Shown here one piece after another: positions 50,498-59,954 of a DNA stretch of 64,000 bases. The number at the start of each line of letters is the position of its first letter. Position 1 is the first letter of the stretch. The notes beneath the pieces are model-generated. The model made no database searches, was not told where the DNA came from, and saw only the letters and a list, made by a program, of their open reading frames with translations. Both the position numbers and the translations under genes were made by a program. The stretch is from Chloroflexota bacterium. Lineage in GTDB: Bacteria > Chloroflexota > UBA11872. The stretch lies in contig JAJEGF010000025.1 in the NCBI GenBank assembly GCA_022820025.1, forward strand, positions 145,522 to 209,521. Reading direction: 5' to 3'.

Positions 50498-50695
50498 ATG
50501 ACGACCGTACCGGTCCAAGAGCCGCCGTTGACCAGATCGGACCTCCGGGACGAACTGGATCGGACACTGAAGCACTACGCCACGAAGGCTGACGTCGCCA
50601 ACCTCAAGGTCTGGATCGTCGGTCTGTTGCTGGTCGTGGTGCTGAATGTGGTTGGTACCGCCGGGGCCATTGTGGCGGCTTTTCTCGCAGGCTAG
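50498..50695 (+). CDS. Small coiled-coil + C-terminal TM protein (DUF1640/CCDC90-like)
   Basis: GAGGGG RBS; YATKADVANLKVWIVG followed by a hydrophobic tail. Confidence 0.7.
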   Translation: MTTVPVQEPPLTRSDLRDELDRTLKHYATKADVANLKVWIVGLLLVVVLNVVGTAGAIVAAFLAG

Positions 50696-50707
50696 GTCGC
50701 GGGGGCA

Positions 50708-50920
50708 CCCTCGGGAGAGGGTGAAGAGGGGGCTGGCGGAGGGGAGAAGACCCCTCACCGAATGCCGCAGACGGCTTCTGCCTCTCCCCCAGGAGAGGGT
50801 GAAGAGCGGGCGGCACTCCCGGGGATTCTGGTGCCTCTGGAGTTGGGTGCCCGGGGGACCCCTCACCGAATTCGGCGGGTACGCCGAGTCTGCCTCTCCC
50901 CTCGGAGAGGGTGAAGAGCG
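50708..50920 (+). repeat. Three palindromic units CCCCTCACCGAAT-hairpin-CCTCTCCCC-GGAGAGGGTGAAGAG (first is partial)
   Basis: GGAGAGGGTGAAGAG occurs three times; CCCCTCACCGAAT twice. Confidence 0.8.
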
Positions 50921-50988
50921 ACCTGCTGCTGTGACTTTGGTGGCCGCGGTTGCTGCGGGGCTTCGCGGGTGGCGGTGGCGGGGGCCGC

Positions 50989-51082
50989 GGGAGGATTGGG
51001 CGGGTTCGGAAGAGCCGATGGACGCGGACGGTCAGGCGATCAAGGGGTTGTGGTGCTGGCTGTATGAGCGGTTTGGGGCGGT
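50989..51082 (+). repeat. Repeat unit B, copy 2
   Basis: Direct repeat of 50282-50377. Confidence 0.85.
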
Positions 51083-51424
51083 GCGGGCGATAGATCAGTT
51101 GGAGGAGCGCCACATTCGCGCTGCGCAGCTCGTGGGTTAGAATTCCACTCGGTCGACCGGGCTTCGGCCGTGTGTGCCGTTGATCACGGCTTCACACAGC
51201 GTCCACCGAAACTGACATCCTTAATAGGGCGGGTTGTCGATGCCACAGTCGATCAACTTAATATCTATCTACATTTTTTTATCTAGATTTGCCGAATCAA
51301 GCACACGCCGAACCTCGTCTAATCCCTGGTCCGACTTCTCCGGGTCTGCTTTCCACCGCGTTTCTTGGCGTTTGCAGGACTTAGAGCTAGGCGACGGTAA
51401 GTTCCGGTCGGCCTGGAGCGCTCG

Positions 51425-54400
51425 GTGAACGACGCCTCAGCCGGTCGCGAACTGTTCATCGTTGACAATAGCGTAGCCGGATGGACCGGACTCCGTTACC
51501 TCGAAGAATGGTCGAGTATCGCCCGATCCTTTGATATAGCAACTGGATTCTTCGAGATCGGCTCGCTTCTTGCTCTAGATGGAAAGTGGCAAGAGCTTGA
51601 GAAGATTCGCATTTTGATGGGTTCAGAAACAACCCAGCGCACGCGCAAGGCGTTTTTCGACGCCGTCCAGGACCAAGCTGTCAATGCACTCGACCGGAGT
51701 ATTGAATCTGACAAGCAGCGTAATCCCTTCCTACATGGTGTAAAAGATGTTGTGGAGGGACTGCGCAGCGGTCAGATCGAGTGCCGCGTGTACGACAAGG
51801 CAAAGTTCCACGCGAAGACTTACATCACACATTCCAAATTGGAAATTGTTGGGTCGCAGGCCCTGGTAGGTTCGAGCAATTTCACGAAACCAGGCCTCAC
51901 CGAGAACATCGAACTCAACGTACAGATTCAGAGCGCTCGCGAAGTGGCACAGCTACAGGATTGGTTCGAGGCCCATTGGAGTGAAGGAAGGGAAGCAACC
52001 GATGCGGTAATTGAGACGATCGAGCGGCACGTTCGCCTTTTCACACCATTCGAAGTCTATGCGAAGGCACTCCAGGAGTTTTTTCGGGGTCACGAACTGA
52101 CGGCCACCGAATGGGATGAGACCAGATCAAGGGTTTTCCCACAGCTTGACCTTTATCAGAAAGAAGCTTACTGGGCCCTTATGAAGATTGCCCGCCAGCA
52201 CCGGGGGGCATTCCTCTGTGATGGTGTTGGACTTGGAAAGACTTTTGTTGGTCTGATGCTCATCGAGCGGCTAGTTCTCCACGAAGGAAAGCGAGTTGTG
52301 CTTTTTGCGCCAAAGGCTGCGAGAGAGGGCGTGTGGGAGCCACACTTGCGGGAATGGCTCCCTCACATTGGGGGCGGAGCAGCCGACTTCAGCAATTTGG
52401 CTGTGTTTAGCCATACTGATCTCAGCAGGAAAGGCGACTTCCCAGAGCGGTTCAGCCGAGTGGCCGAGTTAGCTGATGTAGTCATCATCGACGAAGCACA
52501 CCATTTCAGAAACCCAGGCACGAGGGGAAGTGAGAGCGGGAAACAGCCGTCTCGCTACTACCGACTCTACGATCTTCTAGACAACGCGGATCGTTCGAAA
52601 ACGTTATTCATGCTTACGGCAACGCCGATCAACAATCGGCTAAGTGACTTTCGTCACATGGCTGAGTTGTTTACGCGTCGCGACGAATCGTACTTTGCCC
52701 GGACTTTGGGTGTGAACAATCTGAGAGCGCACGTGAATCAGATGGAGCGGGCATTTCGCGAAAGCGTAGGTCGTGAAGTGGTGGATGTGGCTGATCAGAT
52801 CACTGAGGCGCAGAGCATCCTTTCGGCCGACGCCATTTTCCGTCAACTAGTAGTTCAACGAAGTCGCGCATACGCTCGGGAGAGCCAGATTCGCGAGACC
52901 GGAAATGCGGCAGCGTTCCCAACGCGACAGCCGCCACAGGTCGCTGCATATTCTATACGACAGTCCTATGGTCAATTGCTGGAACTGTTTGAGAAGGCTT
53001 TCACAAAGGAGAATCCGCTGTTCACGCTTCCCATGTACTATCCTCTCTACTGGTACAAGGGTCCAGACAAGGACGTTGATCCCTTCGAGCAAAACCGTCA
53101 GTTGCAGGTGGTCGGTCTTATCCGGACGAACTTCCTGAAGCGCTTCGAGAGTTCAGTAACAGCCTTTGAGCTATCGTGTAGTCGACTCCTAATGAAACTC
53201 TTAGCCTTCATTGAGGTCCACAGTGAGACTGAGGGTGAAAGAAGGCGTCTTGATCGATGGCAAGCGCAGAATGAAGAGATACTCGACTATATAGCACAAC
53301 GCCAGCGGGACATCTGGGACGATGATGAGGACGAAGCCGAGGACGATGACATTGTTCCCGCAGAGATGATCGATGCTGTTGAGCGTCTTGACCGCAAGGA
53401 ATACGAGGTCGGAGAGATGATCTCCGAGACGTTCCTGGACCTCGATCAGATCGTGCAGTTTCTAAACGAGGCCCGGAAGTTTGAGCCAGGTCACGACGAC
53501 AAGCTCCTCAAGCTGATCCAACTCTTGAAGTCCACAGACCTCGCTGGTCAGAAAGTCCTTGTGTTTTCGGAGTTTGCAGACACGGCTCGGTACCTAAAGC
53601 GCCAGCTCGATGCGGAGAACATCGACGGGGTAGCCCAATTGGATAGCGCGTCCACCGCCAATCGGGCTCAGGTGATCAGGCGCTTTTCGCCGTACTACAA
53701 CGGGAGTTCGCCGGCTGAGCTTAGCAACGCTGGTCTCTCGGAAATCAGGGTCCTCGTATCCACTGACGTGCTGTCAGAAGGACTCAACTTGCAAGATGCC
53801 ACTCGGATGATCAACTACGACATCCACTGGAATCCTGTTCGACTGATGCAGAGGATCGGACGCGTTGACCGCCGAATGAATCCAGAGATTGAGCAGCAGA
53901 TCGCATCCTATCAACCTAATGCCGCAGAGTCGCGTGGAGAGGTCAGCTACTGGAACTTCTTACCTCCCGATGAGCTCAACAACATCCTGACGCTATACAC
54001 AAGGGTTACCCAAAAGACCCTGCTTATTTCTAAGACGCTTGGAATTGAAGGCAAGAAGCTCTTGACGCCCGAAGATAACTTCGAAGCCCTCAGAGAATTC
54101 AACCACGCTTACGAAGGCACACGTACCGCAATAGAAGAGATGCATCTCGAGTACCAGGACATGCTACAGGGTGACCCGACACTGGAAGAGCATCTGAGGC
54201 GCTTACCCGGTTCCACGTTCAGTGGACGGGAGCGGGTGAAGGATGGAGTGCGGGGAGTCTTCTTTTGCTATGCACTTCCTGCCCTTGATGCGGAGATCGG
54301 TGATTTTACCGATGAGGCAGGGTCAACGAGATGGTACCTCTTCGACTTTGACCGAGATGAGACTCTAGAAGAACCTGGCGAGATCGCCAATAGCATTAGG

Positions 54401-54565
54401 TCGGATCGCACGAGCCTTCGCCGATGTTCTACGAGTGAAAAGATGCTTGTCAAAGTCCGAGAGAAAGTCGAGAGGCACATAAGGAACACCTACCTCAAGC
54501 GGGTCGATGCTCCGATAGGAGTGAGTCCGTCGCTCAAGTGCTGGATGGAGCTCAACGAAAGCTAA
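51425..54565 (+). CDS. PLD-family nuclease fused to SNF2-type SF2 helicase
   Basis: FHAK...GSSN PLD motif; CDGVGLGKT, DEAHHFRN, LTATP, SEGLNLQ, QRIGRVDR. Confidence 0.9.
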   Translation: MNDASAGRELFIVDNSVAGWTGLRYLEEWSSIARSFDIATGFFEIGSLLALDGKWQELEKIRILMGSETTQRTRKAFFDAVQDQAVNALDRSIESDKQRNPFLHGVKDVVEGLRSGQIECRVYDKAKFHAKTYITHSKLEIVGSQALVGSSNFTKPGLTENIELNVQIQSAREVAQLQDWFEAHWSEGREATDAVIETIERHVRLFTPFEVYAKALQEFFRGHELTATEWDETRSRVFPQLDLYQKEAYWALMKIARQHRGAFLCDGVGLGKTFVGLMLIERLVLHEGKRVVLFAPKAAREGVWEPHLREWLPHIGGGAADFSNLAVFSHTDLSRKGDFPERFSRVAELADVVIIDEAHHFRNPGTRGSESGKQPSRYYRLYDLLDNADRSKTLFMLTATPINNRLSDFRHMAELFTRRDESYFARTLGVNNLRAHVNQMERAFRESVGREVVDVADQITEAQSILSADAIFRQLVVQRSRAYARESQIRETGNAAAFPTRQPPQVAAYSIRQSYGQLLELFEKAFTKENPLFTLPMYYPLYWYKGPDKDVDPFEQNRQLQVVGLIRTNFLKRFESSVTAFELSCSRLLMKLLAFIEVHSETEGERRRLDRWQAQNEEILDYIAQRQRDIWDDDEDEAEDDDIVPAEMIDAVERLDRKEYEVGEMISETFLDLDQIVQFLNEARKFEPGHDDKLLKLIQLLKSTDLAGQKVLVFSEFADTARYLKRQLDAENIDGVAQLDSASTANRAQVIRRFSPYYNGSSPAELSNAGLSEIRVLVSTDVLSEGLNLQDATRMINYDIHWNPVRLMQRIGRVDRRMNPEIEQQIASYQPNAAESRGEVSYWNFLPPDELNNILTLYTRVTQKTLLISKTLGIEGKKLLTPEDNFEALREFNHAYEGTRTAIEEMHLEYQDMLQGDPTLEEHLRRLPGSTFSGRERVKDGVRGVFFCYALPALDAEIGDFTDEAGSTRWYLFDFDRDETLEEPGEIANSIRSDRTSLRRCSTSEKMLVKVREKVERHIRNTYLKRVDAPIGVSPSLKCWMELNES

Positions 54566-54569
54566 GGCA

Positions 54570-57500
54570 ATGTCGATTGAATACCGAACTAAGCTCGCCA
54601 CCATTCGACGCTTTGATCAGTTGATCGAGTTTCTACGCGACGAGATGGGCTGGCCGATCGTCAGCGACGACTTTGAGGAGATGACCTTCGAATACAGCGC
54701 AGAGGAGCTTGGGATTGACGCTGTGAATGCAGCGAAGATTCAAGAGATCAGACGCCTACGTCCGTTGGCCGTGAATCAGCCCTGGGGAGTATTCTTAGTC
54801 AGATTTGAGCCGAAGCGGCTTCCGGTCGTGGCCTTACGCAGCATCCTCGGTCGTGTTGCGCAAAAGAGACGCGCCTCGTCGGTCACAGCAGATCAGCCCA
54901 CCTGGGCGATGGACGACTTACTCTTCATTTCGAATTACGGTGTGGGAGAAAGTAGGCAAATCAGCTTTGCCCACTTCTCTGCATCACCCAGCAACAAGCT
55001 TCCGACTCTCAAAGTGATCACATGGGATGAGATGGATACAGCGCTGCATCTTGATCAGGTGGCTCGCGAACTCACCGAAGGCCTCGCGTGGCCAGTCGAC
55101 GAGGACAACATCAACGCTTGGCGCGATAAGTGGCGCACTGCATTCACGTTGGTACATCGAGAGACAATTACAACCGCCCAAAAGCTCTCCGTTCGTCTCG
55201 CTGAGCTCGCCAGTGTGACCCGCGACCGAATCAACGGAGCACTTGCAATTGAGAGCGATAGCGGCCACGTAACTCGCCTCATGCACGCATTTGCTGAGAC
55301 TCTGGTACAAGACCTTGATCCTGACAGCTTCGCCGACATGGTTGCTCAGACCATTGCTTACGGTCTCCTCTCAGCGCGCGTTACGGATCCTCAGAGGTCC
55401 TCTGGAGACGTTTTGGTCCGTCATATGCGAACCAATCCGCTCCTACGCGAGTTGATGACAGCTTTCTTGGATTCTTCTGGCCAACAGGGTGCCATGGGCA
55501 TCGACTTCGATGAACTGGGCATTGCAGAAGTCATCGAACTCCTAGACAACGCAAATATGGATGCAGTAGTCCGTGACTTCGGCGATAAGAACCCACGCGA
55601 AGATCCAGTTATCCACTTCTATGAGAGTTTCCTCACGGAGTATGACAAGGAAAAGAAGGTCGCGAGGGGCGTCTTTTATACACCGCGCCCTGTCGTTTCA
55701 TACATTGTGCGTTCAATTGATAAACTGCTGCGAACCAAGTTCGGCCTGACCGACGGTCTAGCTGACGTAGCTACTTGGAAACAAATGACGGAAAGACACA
55801 CTGGGATGGTGATTCCCGAAGGGATCTCGCCGGACCAGGCTTTTGTACAAGTACTAGATCCGGCTACAGGCACCGGAACTTTTCTGGTCGAAGTCATAGA
55901 TTTGATCCATAGCACCCTTGTCGGTAAGTGGAAGGCGCAGGGCTACCGGCGTCATGACATTGACACGCTTTGGAACGAGTATGTCACTAACCATCTCCTC
56001 ACACGGCTCCATGGATATGAAATTCTGATGGCACCATACGCCATTGCACACGTGAAATTTGGACTAAAGCTGTACGAGACAGGATACAGGTTCGAATCCC
56101 AAGAACGGGCAAAGATTTACCTCACTGACGCGCTAGAACCTGCACAGAGCTTTTCCGACTTGATGGACTTCGCTATACCGGCACTTGCGCACGAGGCGAG
56201 AGCGGTCAATCAAATAAAGAGCGAAAGTAGATTTACAGTGATATTTGGAAACCCACCGTATCGAGGCGAGTCGGCTAACAAAGGAGGCTGGATATCGGAT
56301 TTATTACGGGGAACACGGGGCAAACAGCGCACCGAGAACTACTTTGAGGTCGACGGTGCCCCACTCAAGGAGCGCAATCTAAAGTGGTTGAACGATGACT
56401 ACGTTAAGTTCCTTCGCCTAGCTCAATCGGAGATCGAGAGATCTAGATTTGGAGTTATCGGCTTCATTACAAATCACAGTTATCTGGACAATCCGACATA
56501 TCGCGGTATGCGCGAGAGTCTTCAAGCGGCCTTTGGCAGTTGTAGCTTCCTGGATCTACACGGAAATTCCAACAAGGGAGAACGGACGCCCGAAGGAAGG
56601 AGCGACAAGAACGTATTTGACATTCGGCAAGGCGTCGCAATTAGTCTGTATGTCAGTACGCCGAGCTCTCGTCGTGACCGCGCTGAAGTGTCCCACGCAG
56701 ATCTATGGGGTGAACGGGAATCAGGTGAAGGAGGCGGGAAATACGGATGGTTGTCAACCAATGACATTAATAGCACTGATTGGACAGTGTTGAATCCGGA
56801 GTCGCCGCGATACCTGTTTATTCCCCGCGACGAAACACTTGCGAAGGAGTATGGTAGAGGGTGGAGCATTGTCGATGTGTTCCCCATTAATGCAACGGGC
56901 ATCGTTAGTAAGAGGGATCACATTGCCTACCACTTCGACAAAGACAACCTCTATCGAACACTCAATGACTTTTCCACTATGCCCGTAGACGAGATTCGTC
57001 AGAGATATAGATTTCGAGAGAGCCGGGACGGAAAGCTTGAGTTTGTTAAGGATCATGTAGTGAGTTATGGTATCAAAGAAGGATATGTACATCAATGCCT
57101 ATATCGTCCGTTCGACCACAGGTGGACATACCATACGGACAGGTCTCGTGGATTCCTTGGGTGGCCTGTATACGACGTTATGCGTCACATGACGGCGGGT
57201 CCGAATCTTGGGTTGGTAACCACCCGCCAATGCCAGCGGAATTGGAGTGCATTGGTTTCCAGTACGATAATAGCTCACAAGGCATTGGCTACGTATGATA
57301 TAAACTCACTGTTTCCCTTGTACACCTTTCCAACCGAAGGCGAAGAGCAGCTTGGCTTAGATCGTCAACCGAATCTTAGCATCGAATTCGTCTCAGCACT
57401 TGGATCAGCCCTTGGACTTGGCTTCGTGTCCGACGGCACTGGTGACCTGATGTCATCCTTCGGGCCAGACGACGTGTTCAACTATATCTATGCGGTGTTT

Positions 57501-57974
57501 CACAGTCCGCAGTATCGTAGTCGCTATGCGGACTTCCTAAAGGCCGACTTCCCGCGGGTACCGCTTGTGACAGACCGCTGTCGGTTCGCGGCTCTCAGCG
57601 ATCTCGGCAAGCGCCTGACGTCTGTTCACCTGTTAGAGACTGAGAGGTCCGGTGCTCCTACTTTTCCTCAAATTGGTGATAATCTCATTAGAAGAGTTCA
57701 GTATGCGCCGCCCACGGGCACTACACCAGGTCGGGTCGAAATCAGCCGAGATCAGTACTTTGAGGGCATAGCTCCGGAGATTTGGGAATTTGCAATAGGC
57801 GGCTACCGGCCTGCGGAGAAATGGCTGAAGGATCGGAAAGGCCGAGTCCTCGCCGACCATGAAGCTGATCAATACCGAAAGATCGTAGCGGCCCTTGTGG
57901 ACACTCATTACCTAATGAACGAAATCGACAATCTGATCGACCAGCATGGTGGCTGGCCCCACGCGTTCCTGTAG
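54570..57974 (+). CDS. N6-adenine DNA methyltransferase (gamma) with Type ISP-like C-terminal target-recognition domain
   Basis: GVFYTP, DPATGTGTFL, GNPPY; YRPFD, FLKADFPRVP, IGGY...KWLKDRKGR. Confidence 0.88.
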   Translation: MSIEYRTKLATIRRFDQLIEFLRDEMGWPIVSDDFEEMTFEYSAEELGIDAVNAAKIQEIRRLRPLAVNQPWGVFLVRFEPKRLPVVALRSILGRVAQKRRASSVTADQPTWAMDDLLFISNYGVGESRQISFAHFSASPSNKLPTLKVITWDEMDTALHLDQVARELTEGLAWPVDEDNINAWRDKWRTAFTLVHRETITTAQKLSVRLAELASVTRDRINGALAIESDSGHVTRLMHAFAETLVQDLDPDSFADMVAQTIAYGLLSARVTDPQRSSGDVLVRHMRTNPLLRELMTAFLDSSGQQGAMGIDFDELGIAEVIELLDNANMDAVVRDFGDKNPREDPVIHFYESFLTEYDKEKKVARGVFYTPRPVVSYIVRSIDKLLRTKFGLTDGLADVATWKQMTERHTGMVIPEGISPDQAFVQVLDPATGTGTFLVEVIDLIHSTLVGKWKAQGYRRHDIDTLWNEYVTNHLLTRLHGYEILMAPYAIAHVKFGLKLYETGYRFESQERAKIYLTDALEPAQSFSDLMDFAIPALAHEARAVNQIKSESRFTVIFGNPPYRGESANKGGWISDLLRGTRGKQRTENYFEVDGAPLKERNLKWLNDDYVKFLRLAQSEIERSRFGVIGFITNHSYLDNPTYRGMRESLQAAFGSCSFLDLHGNSNKGERTPEGRSDKNVFDIRQGVAISLYVSTPSSRRDRAEVSHADLWGERESGEGGGKYGWLSTNDINSTDWTVLNPESPRYLFIPRDETLAKEYGRGWSIVDVFPINATGIVSKRDHIAYHFDKDNLYRTLNDFSTMPVDEIRQRYRFRESRDGKLEFVKDHVVSYGIKEGYVHQCLYRPFDHRWTYHTDRSRGFLGWPVYDVMRHMTAGPNLGLVTTRQCQRNWSALVSSTIIAHKALATYDINSLFPLYTFPTEGEEQLGLDRQPNLSIEFVSALGSALGLGFVSDGTGDLMSSFGPDDVFNYIYAVFHSPQYRSRYADFLKADFPRVPLVTDRCRFAALSDLGKRLTSVHLLETERSGAPTFPQIGDNLIRRVQYAPPTGTTPGRVEISRDQYFEGIAPEIWEFAIGGYRPAEKWLKDRKGRVLADHEADQYRKIVAALVDTHYLMNEIDNLIDQHGGWPHAFL

Positions 57975-58150
57975 CGGCTAAGTGAAGTGAAATACGGACC
58001 GTCCTAGCTCCAGAGGCCTCTTGGTGCATGTCGCGACATGGTGGAGAGAGCGATCGTGGGATCATTGGGCGAAGTCGGTGGTGATTGGTCGATGGCTGTG
58101 CAGGAGAGGATCGGGAACGTGAGATGTCTTGAGAGACCTCGGCCCGAAAA

Positions 58151-58183
58151 CCCCTCACCCTGACCCTCTCTCCCAGGAGGGGG
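58151..58183 (+). repeat. CCCCTCACCCTGACCCTCTCTCCCAGGAGGGGG palindromic element
   Basis: Same family as 8068 and 50750; sits at the right edge of the low-GC island. Confidence 0.7.
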
Positions 58184-58253
58184 ATTGAGGTCGGCTCGCC
58201 TGGGGTGGCACGGACTACCATGACGTAATCCCGATTGGCGAGAGGTCCCCCCT

Positions 58254-59426
58254 ATGTCAGTGCGCCGTGTCGTGGTTTGGGTTGGGGTGGCGGCGTTGGC
58301 GGCGGTGGGTGGTGTGGCGGTGGCGAGGCGGGGGGTGCCGGAGGGGTTGGTTGATTGGGGGTTGGCGGGGCGGACGGCAAGGCGGTTGGCGGGGGAGCCG
58401 GAGGGGTGGCGGCCGGATTCGGAGCTGATTGCGCATTACGACGGGATTGTCCGCAGGAGCTTTGAGGCGGTTTCGGCGTATACGGGTGTGCCGATGGAGC
58501 TGGGGTCGGACGAGGTTCGGGTGCTGGGTCGGGCGGATTGGATCGATGCGAACCTGGTGAATTTTGAGCGGTTGCTGGCGCCGCTGGCGGTGGCGTACCA
58601 ACACACGCGCACGGGTTCGGGGGCGCTGGGGCGGGTGGCGGCGCACGGGACGCGGTTTACGGTGACGGGGCAGATTGCGTTGCTGCTGGGGTACCTGGGG
58701 CGGCGGGTGCTGGGTCAGTACGACATCCCGATCCTGGACGCGGAGGCGGAGTCGGCGGGGATCTATTTCGTTGAACCGAATCTCGAGCGGGTGGCGGCGA
58801 AGGCCGGCGTTGACCTGGAGGCGCTGCGGTTGTGGGTGGCGTTGCATGAGTCGACGCATGCGTACCAGTTCCGCGTAGGCGATCCGCCGTGGTTGCGGGG
58901 GTATACGGCGGGGCTGATCCAGGATTACCTGGCGGAGGCGATCCGGGCGCTGGAATCCGGGGAACGGCTGGGGCAGCGGCTGCGGGATATGTGGCGGCGG
59001 TTCGACCGGGACGATCCGGCGGGCACGGGCCTGATGCGGCTGGCGCTGACGGACGCGCAAGCTGAATCGCTGGGGCGGATCCAGGCGCTGATGACGGTGA
59101 TGGAGGGGTATAGCAATCACGTGATGCGGGCGACGGGTCGCGAGGTGATTCCGGGGTATGAGGTGCTGGAAGCGCGGATGAAGGCGCGGGAACGGGCGCA
59201 GGGGGCGTCGTCGCGGGTGCTGAACCGGTTGCTAGGGCTGGATTTGAAGCTGGAGCAGTACAAGGTTGGGGAGGCGTTTGTGGAAGAGGTGGTTGGGTTG
59301 CGGGGGTTGGGGTTTATGAATGGGGTGTGGGAGGGGCCGGAGATGTTGCCGACGTTGGAGGAGACGAGGGATGCGGAGGGGTGGATAGAGAGAATCGAGG
59401 GGAGAGGGGAGAGGGAAGAGGAGTGA
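58254..59426 (+). CDS. Zinc-dependent metalloprotease (zincin-like, DUF2342 type)
   Basis: RADWIDAN, WVALHESTH (HExxH), MEGYSNHVM, KLEQY. Confidence 0.88.
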   Translation: MSVRRVVVWVGVAALAAVGGVAVARRGVPEGLVDWGLAGRTARRLAGEPEGWRPDSELIAHYDGIVRRSFEAVSAYTGVPMELGSDEVRVLGRADWIDANLVNFERLLAPLAVAYQHTRTGSGALGRVAAHGTRFTVTGQIALLLGYLGRRVLGQYDIPILDAEAESAGIYFVEPNLERVAAKAGVDLEALRLWVALHESTHAYQFRVGDPPWLRGYTAGLIQDYLAEAIRALESGERLGQRLRDMWRRFDRDDPAGTGLMRLALTDAQAESLGRIQALMTVMEGYSNHVMRATGREVIPGYEVLEARMKARERAQGASSRVLNRLLGLDLKLEQYKVGEAFVEEVVGLRGLGFMNGVWEGPEMLPTLEETRDAEGWIERIEGRGEREEE

Positions 59427-59428
59427 GA
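59388..59428 (+). repeat. Purine heptamer array, left of four-helix-bundle gene
   Basis: gagaggg gagaggg aagagga gtgaga. Confidence 0.75.
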
Positions 59429-59529
59429 GGGGAAGGGGAGGAAGATGGGGAGGAAGATGGGATGGGAATGGGGGAGGATGGGCGTGAGGTTGGGGCGGTT
59501 TCTGGGCGGGGAGCTGAGGGAAATGGCGG

Positions 59530-59904
59530 GTGCATTACCGTGAGACGATTCTGTGGCAAAAGGCGATGCGGATCGCGCGCGAGGTCTATGGGCTGACGCC
59601 GCGGCTTCCGCGCGAAGAAACGTATGGGATGCGCGCCCAGATCACCCGGGCGGCGGTGTCGATTCCAAGCAATGTTGCGGAAGGGTGGACGCGCGACACG
59701 GCGAGAGACAAGGCGCGATTCCTGGCAATTGCGCAAGGGTCACTGGCTGAAACTGAGACCCTGCTGACGCTCTGTGAAGACCTCGGATGGTTCCCTACGC
59801 CTGAGACGCAGAACCTGCGCGGCCTGCTGGACGAAGTGAGCCGGATTTTGACGGTGATGAGGCGGAGGAGAAGGGAAGAGGGGTTGAAGAAGGGAAGAGG
59901 GTAG
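59530..59904 (+). CDS. Four-helix-bundle protein (23S rRNA IVP / Avd-like family)
   Basis: WQKAM, PREETYG, RAAVSIPSNVAEG, AQGSLAETET. Confidence 0.92.
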   Translation: MHYRETILWQKAMRIAREVYGLTPRLPREETYGMRAQITRAAVSIPSNVAEGWTRDTARDKARFLAIAQGSLAETETLLTLCEDLGWFPTPETQNLRGLLDEVSRILTVMRRRRREEGLKKGRG

Positions 59905-59954
59905 AGGGAACGAGGAAGGTGAGAGGGGAGAAGGGAGAGGGGAGAGGAGTGAGA
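59888..59954 (+). repeat. Purine heptamer array, right of four-helix-bundle gene
   Basis: aagaggg tagaggg ... gagaggg gagaagg gagaggg gagagga gtgaga. Confidence 0.75.

Noticed and set aside
50708-50920. Spaced repeats resembling a mini CRISPR array
   Set aside because: Only three unequal units, the spacers are hairpins, the motif belongs to a dispersed palindrome family, and no cas genes are present
59530-59904. Diversity-generating retroelement, because of the Avd-like fold
   Set aside because: No reverse transcriptase and no template/variable repeat pair with A-specific mismatches seen in the window
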